Assembly (NCBI RefSeq): GCF_009914755.1
Contig: NC_060947.1
Origin: the human T2T-CHM13v2.0 reference genome, Homo sapiens
DNA: 64,000 bases
Strand: one strand, 5' to 3'
A program made the position numbers and the translations under genes. The notes under the pieces were generated by a model. The model searched no databases and was not told where the DNA came from. It saw only the letters and a program-made list of their open reading frames with translations. Shown here one piece after another: positions 1 to 11,200 of this stretch (position 1 is the first letter of the stretch; each line of letters starts with the position of its first letter).

Positions 1-157
1 AACGAAGGCCACACAGTGGTCCAAATATCCACTTGCAGATTCTACAGAAAGAGTGTTTCGAACCTGAACTCTCAAAGGCAGGTTCATCTCTGCGAGTTCA
101 ATGCATTCAACATGAAGAACTTTCTCAGCGTGTTTGTGTTTAGTTATGGGAAATTAT

Positions 158-174
158 TCCCGTTTCCAACGAAA
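158..174 (-). promoter_or_regulatory. CENP-B box 1 (canonical); recurs every 2057 bp, core broken in 17 of 31 units
   Basis: tcccgtttccaacgaaa is the reverse complement of TTTCGTTGGAAACGGGA, matching YTTCGTTGGAARCGGGA. Confidence 0.95.
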
Positions 175-499
175 TCCTCAGAGAGGTCCAAATATCCACC
201 TGCAGATTCTACCAAAAGTGTATTTGGAAACTGCTCCATCAAAAGGCATGTTCAGCTCTGTGAGTGAAACTCCATCATCACAAAGAATATTCTGAGAATG
301 CTTCCGTTTGCCTTTTATATGAAGTTCCTTCCTATACTACCGTAGGCCTGAAAGCAGTCCAAATCTCCATTTGCAGATTCTACAAAAAGAGTGATTCCAA
401 TCTGCTCTATCAATAGGATTGTTCAACTCCATGATTTGAATGCCATCCTCACAAAGTCGTTTGTGAGAATGCTTCTATCTAGTTTTTATGTGAAGATAT

Positions 500-516
500 T
501 TCCTTTTCCACCACAG
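500..516. other. pJalpha-type (A-monomer) box; related copies at about 329, 1180, 1351 and 1706 in each unit
   Basis: ttccttttccaccacag sits at the position equivalent to the CENP-B box and resembles the established A-type motif TTCCTTTTYCACCRTAG. Confidence 0.8.
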
Positions 517-670
517 GCCTCAAAGCCCTCCAAACGTCCACTTGCAGATTCTCGAAAAAGAGTGTTTCATAGCTGCTCTTTCAAAAGGAAAGTTCAACTC
601 TGGGAGTTGAATACAAACCTCACAAAGTAGTTTCCGAGAATGCTTCTGTTTAGTTCTTATGTGAAGATGA

Positions 671-687
671 TCCCGTTTCCAGTGAAA
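671..687 (-). other. Degenerate CENP-B box, fixed in the HOR (likewise 842-858 and 1877-1893)
   Basis: tcccgtttccagtgaaa lacks TTCG, agacgtttcaaacgaag lacks CGGG, and tcccgtttc(c/g)aaagaaa lacks TTCG. Confidence 0.85.
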
Positions 688-1008
688 TCTTCAAAGAGGT
701 CCACATATCCCCTTGCAGATTCCAAAGAAAGAGGGTTTCAAAACTGCTCCATCAAAAGGATTGTTCAACTCTGTGAGTTGAATGCAGTCATCGCAGAAAA
801 CTTTCTGAGAATGCTTCTGTCTAGGTTTGAGGTGAAGATATAGACGTTTCAAACGAAGGCTACAAAGTGGTCAAAATATACACTTGCAGATTCTACTACA
901 AGGGTGTTGCAAACTTCAACTATCAAAGGAAGGTTCAACTCTGTGAGTTGAATACAAACATCACAAAGAATGTTCTGAGTTTGCTTCCGTTCAGTTATGG
1001 GAAGTTGA

Positions 1009-1025
1009 TCCCGTTTCCAACGAAA
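1009..1025 (-). promoter_or_regulatory. CENP-B box 2 (canonical); recurs every 2057 bp, core broken in 5 of 31 units
   Basis: tcccgtttccaacgaaa is an exact match to the reverse-complemented CENP-B box. Confidence 0.95.
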
Positions 1026-1519
1026 TCCTCAGAGAGGTCCAAATATCCCCTTGCAGATTCTACGAAACGTGTGTTTGGAAACTGCTCCATCATAACGAAT
1101 GTTCAGCTCTCTGAGTTAAACTCCATCGTCACAAAGAATTTTCTGAGAGTGCTACCGTCTGGTTTTTATATGAAGTTCTTTCCTTTACTACCACAGGCCT
1201 CAAAGCGGTCCAAATCTCCACTTGCAGATTCTACAAAAACAGTGTTTGCAAACTGCTCTATCAAAAGGAATGTTCAACTCTGGGAGTTGAATGCAATCAT
1301 CACAGAGCAGTTTCTGAGAATGCTTCTATGTCGTTTTTAGGAGAAGATATTTCCTTTTCCAACACAGTCCTCCAAGCCCGCTAAATGTCCACTTGCACAC
1401 TTTAGAAAAAGTGTGTCGAAGCTGCGCTATCAAAGGGAAAGTTCAACTCTGTGAGGTGAATGCAAACATCCCAAAGAAGTTTCTGAGAATGCTTCCGTTT
1501 AGCTTTTAGGTGAAGATTA

Positions 1520-1536
1520 TCCCGTTTCCAACGAAA
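1520..1536 (-). promoter_or_regulatory. CENP-B box 3 (canonical); recurs every 2057 bp, core broken in 7 of 31 units
   Basis: tcccgtttccaacgaaa is an exact match to the reverse-complemented CENP-B box. Confidence 0.95.
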
Positions 1537-1691
1537 CCTTCAAAGAGGTCCAAATATCCCCTTGCGGATCCCACAGAAAGAGTGTTTCGAAACTGCTGTT
1601 TCAAAAGGAATCTTCAACTCTGTGAGTTGAATGCAATCATCACAAAGAAGTTTCTGACAATGCTTCTCTCTCGTCTTTCTGTGAAGATAAA

Positions 1692-1732
1692 GGAAAAGGC
1701 TTTCAGGCCTTTTCCACCACAGGCCTGAAAGC
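1692..1732. repeat. Two overlapping inverted repeats in the 186-bp monomer (present in every unit)
   Basis: ggaaaaggc 1692-1700 pairs with gccttttcc 1707-1715. gctttcaggcct 1699-1710 pairs with aggcctgaaagc 1721-1732. Confidence 0.92.
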
Positions 1733-4104
1733 GCTCCAAATGTCCACTTGCAGATTCTGCCAAAAGAATATTTCAAAACTGCTCTATGAAAAGCAATGTT
1801 AAACTCTGTGGCTCGAACACAAACATCACAAAGCGGTTTCTGAGAATGCTTCAGTTTAGTTTTTCTGTGGAAATATTCCCGTTTCGAAAGAAATCTTCAA
1901 AGAGGTCCACGTATCCACTTACAGATTCTACAAAAAGACAGTTTCAAAACTGCTCAATCAAAAGGAGGGTTCAACCGTGTGACTTCAATGCAATCATCAC
2001 TCAGAAGTTTCTGAGAACGCTTCTGTTTAGTTTTTACGTGAACATATAGCCGTTTCGAACGAAGGCCACCCAGTGGTCCAAATATCCACTTGCAGATTCT
2101 ACAGAAAGAGTGTTTCGAACCTGAACTCTCAAAGGCAGGTTCATCTCTGCGAGTTCAATGCATTCATCATGAAGAACTTTCTCAGCGTGTTTGTGTTTAG
2201 TTATGGGAAATTATTCCCTTTTCCAACGAAATCCTCAGAGAGCTCCAAATATCCACCTGCAGATTCTACCAAAAGTGTATTTGGAAACTGCTCCATGAAA
2301 AGGCATGTTCAGCTCTGTGAGTGAAACTCCATCATCACAAAGAATATTCTGAGAATGCTTCCGTTTGCCTTTTATATGAAGTTCCTTCCTATACTACCGT
2401 AGGCCTCAAAGCAGTCCAAATCTCCATTTGCAGATTCTACAAAAAGAGTGATTCCAATCTGCTCTATCAATAGGATTGTTCAACTCCATGAGTTGAATGC
2501 CATCCTCACAAAGTCGTTTCTGAGAATGCTTCTATCTAGTTTTTATGTGAAGATATTTCCTTTTCCACCACAGGCCTCAAAGCCCTCCAAACGTCCACTT
2601 GCAGATTCTCGAAAAAGAGTGTTTCATAGCTGCTCTTTCAAAAGGAATGTTCAACTCTGGGAGTTGAATACAAACATCACAAAGTAGTTTCCGAGAATGC
2701 TTCTGTTTAGTTCTTATGTGAAGGTGATCCCGTTTCCAGTGAAATCTTCAAAGAGGTCCACATATCCCCTTGCAGATTCCAAAGAAAGAGGGTTTCAAAA
2801 CTGCTCCATCAAAAGGATTGTTCAACTCTGTGAGTTGAATGCAGTCATCGCAGAAAACTTTCTGAGAATGCTTCTGTCTAGGTTTGTGGTGAAGATATAG
2901 ACGTTTCAAACGAAGGCTACAAAGTGGTCAAAATATACACTTGCAGATTCTACTACAAGGGTGTTGCAAACCTCAACTATCAAAGGAAGGTTCAACTCTG
3001 TGAGTTGAATACAAACATCACAAAGAATGTTCTGAGTTTGCTTCCGTTCAGTTATGGGAAGTTGATCCCGTTTCCAACGAAATCCTCAGAGAGGTCCAAA
3101 TATCCCCTTGCAGATCCTACAAAACGTGTGTTTGGAAACTGCTCCATCATAACGAATGTTCAGCTCTCTGAGTTAAACTCCATCGTCACAAAGAATTTTC
3201 TGAGAGTGCTACCGTCTGGTTTTTATATGAAGTTCTTTCCTTTACTACCACAGGCCTCAAAGCGGTCCAAATCTCCACTGGCAGATTCTACAAAAAGAGT
3301 GTTTGCAAACTGCTCTATCAAAAGGAATGTTCAACTCTGGGAGTTTAATGCAATCATCACAGAGCAGTTTCTGAGAATGCTTCTATGTCGTTTTTAGGAG
3401 AAGATATTTCCTTTTCCAACACAGTCCTCCAAGCCCGCTAAATATCCACTTGCACATTGTAGAAAAAGTGTGTCGAAGCTGCGCTATCAAAGGGAAAGTT
3501 CAACTCTGTGAGGTGAATGCAAACATCCCAAAGAAGTTTCTGAGAATGCTTCCGTTTAGCTTTTAGGTGAAGATTATCCCGTTTCCAACGAAATCTTCAA
3601 AGAGGTCCAAATATCCCCTTGCGGATCCCACAGAAAGAGTGTTTCGAAACTGCTGTTTCAAAAGGAATCTTCAACTCTGTGAGTTGAATGCAGTCATCAC
3701 AAAGAAGTTTCTGACAATGCTTCTCTCTCGTCTTTCTGTGAAGATAAAGGAAAAGGCTTTCAGGCCTTTTCCACCACAGGCCTGAAAGCGCTCCAAATGT
3801 CCACTTGCAGATTCTGCCAAAAGAATATTTCAAAACTGCTCTATGAAAAGCAATGTTAAACTCTCTGGCTCGAACACAAACATCACAAAGCAGTTTCTGA
3901 GAATGCTTCAGTTTAGTTTTTCTGTGGAAATATTCCCGTTTCGAAAGAAATCTTCAAAGAGGTCCACGCATCCACTTACAGATTCTACAAAAAGACAGTT
4001 TCAAAACTGCTCAATCAAAAGGAGGGTTCAACCGTGTGACTTGAATGCAATCATCACTCAGAAGTTTCTGAGAATGCTTCTCTTTAGTTTTTACGTGAAC
4101 ATAT

Positions 4105-4121
4105 ACCCGTTTCGAACGAAG
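4105..4121 (-). promoter_or_regulatory. CENP-B box 4 (variant with intact 9-bp core; first intact copy is in U2); core broken in 14 of 31 units
   Basis: acccgtttcgaacgaag reads CTTCGTTCGAAACGGGT on the minus strand and satisfies nTTCGnnnnAnnCGGGn. The U1 copy (2048-2064) has C>G at 2049. Confidence 0.85.
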
Positions 4122-7100
4122 GCCACCCAGTGGTCCAAATATCCACTTGCAGATTCTACAGAAAGAGTGTTTCGAACCTGAACTCTCAAAGGCAGGTTCA
4201 TCTCTGCGAGTTCAATGCATTCAACATGAAGAACTTTCTCAGCGTGTTTGTGTTTAGTTATGGGAAATTATTCCCGTTTCCAACGAAATCCTCAGAGAGG
4301 TCCAAATATCCACCTGCAGATTCTACCAAAAGTGTATTTGGAAACTGCTCCATCAAAAGGCATGTTCAGCTCTGTGAGTGAAACTCCATCATCACAAAGA
4401 ATATTCTGAGAATGCTTCCGTTTGCCTTTTATATGAAGTTCCTTCCTATACTACCGTAGGCCTCAAAGCAGTCCAAATCTCCATTTGCAGATTCTACAAA
4501 AAGAGTGATTCCAATCTGCTCTATCAATAGGATTGTTCAACTCCATGATTTGAATGCCATCCTCACAAAGTCGTTTGTGAGAATGCTTCTATCTAGTTTT
4601 TATGTGAAGATATTTCCTTTTCCACCACAGGCCTCAAAGCCCTCCAAACGTCCACTTGCAGATTCTCGAAAAAGAGTGTTTCATAGCTGCTCTTTCAAAA
4701 GGAAAGTTCAACTCTGGGAGTTGAATACAAACCTCACAAAGTAGTTTCCGAGAATGCTTCTGTTTAGTTCTTATGTGAAGATGATCCCGTTTCCAGTGAA
4801 ATCTTCAAAGAGGTCCACATATCCCCTTGCAGATTCCAAAGAAAGAGGGTTTCAAAACTGCTCCATCAAAAGGATTGTTCAACTCTGTGAGTTGAATGCA
4901 GTCATCGCAGAAAACTTTCTGAGAATGCTTCTGTCTAGGTTTGAGGTGAAGATATAGACGTTTCAAACGAAGGCTACAAAGTGGTCAAAATATACACTTG
5001 CAGATTCTACTACAAGGGTGTTGCAAACTTCAACTATCAAAGGAAGGTTCAACTCTGTGAGTTGAATACAAACATCACAAAGAATGTTCTGAGTTTGCTT
5101 CCGTTCAGTTATGGGAAGTTGATCCCGTTTCCAACGAAATCCTCAGAGAGGTCCAAATATCCCCTTGCAGATTCTACGAAACGTGTGTTTGGAAACTGCT
5201 CCATCATAACGAATGTTCAGCTCTCTGAGTTAAACTCCATCGTCACAAAGAATTTTCTGAGAGTGCTACCGTCTGGTTTTTATATGAAGTTCTTTCCTTT
5301 ACTACCACAGGCCTCAAAGCGGTCCAAATCTCCACTTGCAGATTCTACAAAAACAGTGTTTGCAAACTGCTCTATCAAAAGGAATGTTCAACTCTGGGAG
5401 TTGAATGCAATCATCACAGAGCAGTTTCTGAGAATGCTTCTATGTCGTTTTTAGGAGAAGATATTTCCTTTTCCAACACAGTCCTCCAAGCCCGCTAAAT
5501 GTCCACTTGCACACTTTAGAAAAAGTGTGTCGAAGCTGCGCTATCAAAGGGAAAGTTCAACTCTGTGAGGTGAATGCAAACATCCCAAAGAAGTTTCTGA
5601 GAATGCTTCCGTTTAGCTTTTAGGTGAAGATTATCCCGTTTCCAACGAAACCTTCAAAGAGGTCCAAATATCCCCTTGCGGATCCCACAGAAAGAGTGTT
5701 TCGAAACTGCTGTTTCAAAAGGAATCTTCAACTCTGTGAGTTGAATGCAATCATCACAAAGAAGTTTCTGACAATGCTTCTCTCTCGTCTTTCTGTGAAG
5801 ATAAAGGAAAAGGCTTTCAGGCCTTTTCCACCACAGGCCTGAAAGCGCTCCAAATGTCCACTTGCAGATTCTGCCAAAAGAATATTTCAAAACTGCTCTA
5901 TGAAAAGCAATGTTAAACTCTGTGGCTCGAACACAAACATCACAAAGCGGTTTCTGAGAATGCTTCAGTTTAGTTTTTCTGTGGAAATATTCCCGTTTCG
6001 AAAGAAATCTTCAAAGAGGTCCACGTATCCACTTACAGATTCTACAAAAAGACAGTATCAAAACTGCTCAATCAAAAGGAGGGTTCAACCGTGTGACTTG
6101 AATGCAATCATCACTCAGAAGTTTCTGAGAACGCTTCTGTTTAGTTTTTACGTGAACATATAGCCGTTTCGAACGAAGGCCACCCAGTGGTCCAAATATC
6201 CACTTGCAGATTCTACAGAAAGAGTGTTTCGAACCTGAACTCTCAAAGGCAGGTTCATCTCTGCGAGTTCAATGCATTCATCATGAAGAACTTTCTCAGC
6301 GTGTTTGTGTTTAGTTATGGGAAATTATTCCCTTTTCCAACGAAATCCTCAGAGAGCTCCAAATATCCACCTGCAGATTCTACCAAAAGTGTATTTGGAA
6401 ACTGCTCCATGAAAAGGCATGTTCAGCTCTGTGAGTGAAACTCCATCATCACAAAGAATATTCTGAGAATGCTTCCGTTTGCCTTTTATATGAAGTTCCT
6501 TCCTATACTACCGTAGGCCTCAAAGCAGTCCAAATCTCCATTTGCAGATTCTACAAAAAGAGTGATTCCAATCTGCTCTATCAATAGGATTGTTCAACTC
6601 CATGAGTTGAATGCCATCCTCACAAAGTCGTTTCTGAGAATGCTTCTATCTAGTTTTTATGTGAAGATATTTCCTTTTCCACCACAGGCCTCAAAGCCCT
6701 CCAAACGTCCACTTGCAGATTCTCGAAAAAGAGTGTTTCATAGCTGCTCTTTCAAAAGGAATGTTCAACTCTGGGAGTTGAATACAAACATCACAAAGTA
6801 GTTTCCGAGAATGCTTCTGTTTAGTTCTTATGTGAAGGTGATCCCGTTTCCAGTGAAATCTTCAAAGAGGTCCACATATCCCCTTGCAGATTCCAAAGAA
6901 AGAGGGTTTCAAAACTGCTCCATCAAAAGGATTGTTCAACTCTGTGAGTTGAATGCAGTCATCGCAGAAAACTTTCTGAGAATGCTTCTGTCTAGGTTTA
7001 TGGTGAAGATATAGACGTTTCAAACGAAGGCTACAAAGTGGTCAAAATATACACTTGCAGATTCTACTACAAGGGTGTTGCAAACCTCAACTATCAAAGG

Positions 7101-8228
7101 AAGGTTCAACTCTGTGAGTTGAATACAAACATCACAAAGAATGTTCTGAGTTTGCTTCCGTTCAGTTATGGGAAGTTGATCCCGTTTCCAACGAAATCCT
7201 CAGAGAGGTCCAAATATCCCCTTGCAGATCCTACAAAACGTGTGTTTGGAAACTGCTCCATCATAACGAATGTTCAGCTCTCTGAGTTAAACTCCATCGT
7301 CACAAAGAATTTTCTGAGAGTGCTACCGTCTGGTTTTTATATGAAGTTCTTTCCTTTACTACCACAGGCCTCAAAGCGGTCCAAATCTCCACTGGCAGAT
7401 TCTACAAAAAGAGTGTTTGCAAACTGCTCTATCAAAAGGAATGTTCAACTCTGGGAGTTGAATGCAATCATCACAGAGCAGTTTCTGAGAATGCTTCTAT
7501 GTCGTTTTTAGGAGAAGATATTTCCTTTTCCAACACAGTCCTCCAAGCCCGCTAAATATCCACTTGCACATTGTAGAAAAAGTGTGTCGAAGCTGCGCTA
7601 TCAAAGGGAAAGTTCAACTCTGTGAGGTGAATGCAAACATCCCAAAGAAGTTTCTGAGAATGCTTCCGTTTAGCTTTTAGGTGAAGATTATCCCGTTTCC
7701 AACGAAATCTTCAAAGAGGTCCAAATATCCCCTTGCGGATCCCACAGAAAGAGTGTTTCGAAACTGCTGTTTCAAAAGGAATCTTCAACTCTGTGAGTTG
7801 AATGCAGTCATCACAAAGAAGTTTCTGACAATGCTTCTCTCTCGTCTTTCTGTGAAGATAAAGGAAAAGGCTTTCAGGCCTTTTCCACCACAGGCCTGAA
7901 AGCGCTCCAAATGTCCACTTGCAGATTCTGCCAAAAGAATATTTCAAAACTGCTCTATGAAAAGCAATGTTAAACTCTCTGGCTCGAACACAAACATCAC
8001 AAAGCAGTTTCTGAGAATGCTTCAGTTTAGTTTTTCTGTGGAAATATTCCCGTTTCGAAAGAAATCTTCAAAGAGGTCCACGCATCCACTTACAGATTCT
8101 ACAAAAAGACAGTTTCAAAACTGCTCAATCAAAAGGAGGGTTCAACCGTGTGACTTGAATGCAATCATCACTCAGAAGTTTCTGAGAATGCTTCTCTTTA
8201 GTTTTTACGTGAACATATACCCGTTTCG

Positions 8229-11200
8229 AACGAAGGCCACCCAGTGGTCCAAATATCCACTTGCAGATTCTACAGAAAGAGTGTTTCGAACCTGAACTCT
8301 CAAAGGCAGGTTCATCTCTGCGAGTTCAATGCATTCAACATGAAGAACTTTCTCAGCGTGTTTGTGTTTAGTTATGGGAAATTATTGCCGTTTCCAACGA
8401 AATCCTCAGAGAGGTCCAAATATCCACCTGCAGATTCTACCAAAAGTGTATTTGGAAACTGCTCCATCAAAAGGCATGTTCAGCTCTGTGAGTGAAACTC
8501 CATCATCACAAAGAATATTCTGAGAATGCTTCCGTTTGCCTTTTATATGAAGTTCCTTCCTATACTACCGTAGGCCTCAAAGCAGTCCAAATCTCCATTT
8601 GCAGATTCTACAAAAAGAGTGATTCCAATCTGCTCTATCAATAGCATTGTTCAACTCCAGGAGTTGAATGCCATCCTCACAAAGTCGTTTCTGAGAATGC
8701 TTCTATCTAGTTTTTATGTGAAGATATTTCCTTTTCCACCACAGGCCTCAAAGCCCTCCAAACGTCCACTTGCAGATTCTCGAAAAAGAGTGTTTCATAG
8801 CTGCTCTTTCACAAGGAAAGTTCAACTCTGGGAGTTGAATACAAACATCACAAAGTAGTTTGTGAGAATGCTTCTGTTTAGTTCTTATGTGAAGATGATC
8901 CCGTTTCCAGTGAAATCTTCAAAGAGGTCCACATATCCCCTTGCAGATTCCAAAGAAAGAGGGTTTCAAAACTGCTCCATCAAAAGGATTGTTCAACTCT
9001 GTGAGTTGAATGCAGTCATCGCAGAAAACTTTCTGAGAATGCTTCTGTCTAGGTTTGAGGTGAAGATATAGACGTTTCAAACGAAGGCTACAAAGTGGTC
9101 AAAATATACACTTGCAGATTCTACTACAAGGGTGTTGCAAACTTCAACTATCAAAGGAAGGTTCAACTCTGTGAGTTGAATACAAACATCACAAAGAATG
9201 TTCTGAGTTTGCTTCCGTTCAGTTATGGGAAGTTGATCCCGTTTCCAACGAAATCCTCAGAGAGGTCCAAATATCCCCTTGCAGATTCTACAAAACGTGT
9301 GTTTGGAAACTGCTCCATCATAACGAATGTTCAGCTCTCTGAGTTAAACTCCATCGTCACAAAGAATTTTCTGAGAGTGCTACCGTCTGGTTTTTATATG
9401 AAGTTCTTTCCTTTACTACCACAGGCCTCAAAGCGGTCCAAATCTCCACTTGCAGATTCTACAAAAACAGTGTTTGCAAACTGCTCTATCAAAAGGAATG
9501 TTCAACTCTGGGAGTTGAATGCAATCATCACAGAGCAGTTTCTGAGAATGCTTCTATGTCGTTTTTAGGAGAAGATATTTCCTTTTCCAACACAGTCCTC
9601 CAAGCCCGCTAAAGGTCCACTTGCACACTTTAGAAAAAGTGTGTCGAAGCTGCGCTATCAAAGGGAAAGTTCAACTCTGTGAGGTGAATGCAAACATCCC
9701 AAAGAAGTTTCTGAGAATGCTTCCGTTTAGCTTTTAGGTGAAGATTATCCCGTTTCCAACGAAACCTTCAAAGAGGTCCAAATATCCCCTTGCGGATCCC
9801 ACAGAAAGAGTGTTTTGAAACTGCTGTTTCAAAAGGAATCTTCAACTCTGTGAGTTGAATGCAATCATCACAAAGAAGTTTCTGACAATGCTTCTCTCTC
9901 GTCTTTCTGTGAAGATAAAGGAAAAGGCTTTCAGGCCTTTTCCACCACAGGCCTGAAAGCGCTCCAAATGTCCACTTGCAGATTCTGCCAAAAGAATATT
10001 TCAAAACTGCTCTATGAAAAGCAATGTTAAACTCTGTGGCTCGAACACAAACATCACAAAGCGGTTTCTGAGAATGCTTCAGTTTAGTTTTTCTGTGGAA
10101 ATATTCCCGTTTCCAAAGAAATCTTCAAAGAGGTCCACGTATCCACTTACAGATTCTACAAAAAGACAGTTTCAAAACTGCTCAATCAAAAGGAGGGTTC
10201 AACCGTGTGACTTGAATGCAATCATCACTCAGAAGTTTCTGAGAACGCTTCTGTGTAGTTTTTACGTGAACATATAGCCGTTTCGAACGAAGGCCACCCA
10301 GTGGTCCAAATATCCACTTGCAGATTCTAAAGAAAGAGTGTTTCGAACCTGAACTCTCAAAGGCAGGTTCATCTCTGCGAGTTCAATGCATTCATCATGA
10401 AGAACTTTCTCAGCGTGTTTGTGTTTAGTTATGGGAAATTATTCCCGTTTCCAACGAAATCCTCAGAGAGCTCCAAATATACACCTGCAGATTCTACCAA
10501 AAGTGTATTTGGAAACTGCTCCATCAAAAGGCATGTTCAGCTCTGTGAGTGAAACTCCATCATCACAAAGAATATTCTGAGAATGCTTCCGTTTGCCTTT
10601 TATATGAAGTTCCTTCCTATACTACCGTAGGCCTCAAAGCAGTCCAAATCTCCATTTGCAGATTCTACAAAAAGAGTGATTCCAATCTGCTCTATCAATA
10701 GGATTGTTCAACTCCAGGAGTTGAATGCCATCCTCACAAAGTCGTTTCTGAGAATGCTTCTATCTAGTTTTTATGTGAAGATATTTCCTTTTCCACCACA
10801 GGCCTCAAAGCCCTCCAAACGTCCACTTGCAGATTCTCGAAAAAGAGTGTTTCATAGCTGCTCTTTCAAAAGGAATGTTCAACTCTGGGAGTTGAATACA
10901 AACATCACAAAGTCGTTTCCGAGAATGCTTCTGTTTAGTTCTTATGTGAAGATGATCCCGTTTCCAGTGAAATCTTCAAAGAGGTCCACATATCCCCTTG
11001 CAGATTCCAAAGAAAGAGGGTTTCAAAACTGCTCCATCAAAAGGATTGTTCAACTCTGTGAGTTGAATGCAGTCATCGCAGAAAACTTTCTGAGAATGCT
11101 TCTGTCTAGGTTTGAGGTGAAGATATAGACGTTTCAAACGAAGGCTACAAAGTGGTCAAAATATACACTTGCAGATTCTACTACAAGGGTGTTGCAAACC

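Larger units (their letters stand above)
1..2057 (-). repeat. Representative HOR unit (U1): 12 diverged monomers
   Basis: The CENP-B/pJalpha box position of successive monomers is 158, 329, 500, 671, 842, 1009, 1180, 1351, 1520, 1706, 1877, 2048 (next 2215). Spacings are 171,171,171,171,167,171,171,169,186,171,171,167, summing to 2057. Box-type order is B A A B B B A A B A B B. Confidence 0.93.
1..8228. repeat. 2-HOR (4114-bp) tandem duplication, U1-U2 / U3-U4
   Basis: Shared rare variants lie 4114 bp apart (aaacctcac 619/4733; box 1 G>T 2219/6333; aaggtgatc, gatcctac and ctctctggc in U2/U4). A few private differences exist (350, 1986, 6057). Confidence 0.88.

Noticed and set aside
867-1340. 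157-aa ORF kept open in all 31 units, and the other recurring 67-112-aa ORFs
   Set aside because: These are translations of alphoid monomers. 171 bp is 57 codons, so motifs such as KYPLADSTKRVF and VQLCELN recur. Many begin at GTG, variants freely change amino acids, and persistence follows from very high HOR identity. There is no gene context.
1692-1715. Intrinsic terminator or tRNA-like call for the hairpin
   Set aside because: The context is eukaryotic satellite, with no upstream gene and no cloverleaf. It is kept only as an inverted repeat.
2043-2120. Repeated TTCGAA palindromes (gtttcgaac) near box 4
   Set aside because: These 6-8-bp palindromes arise from the alphoid gtttc(a/g)aa motif and are too short to support a structural claim.
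10676-11128. 150-aa fused ORF from TAG>TCG (U6, U8, U10, U12, U16) and the 109-aa read-through at 59668
   Set aside because: These are single SNVs in satellite DNA. The TCG allele matches the neighbouring monomer and gives no evidence of coding function.
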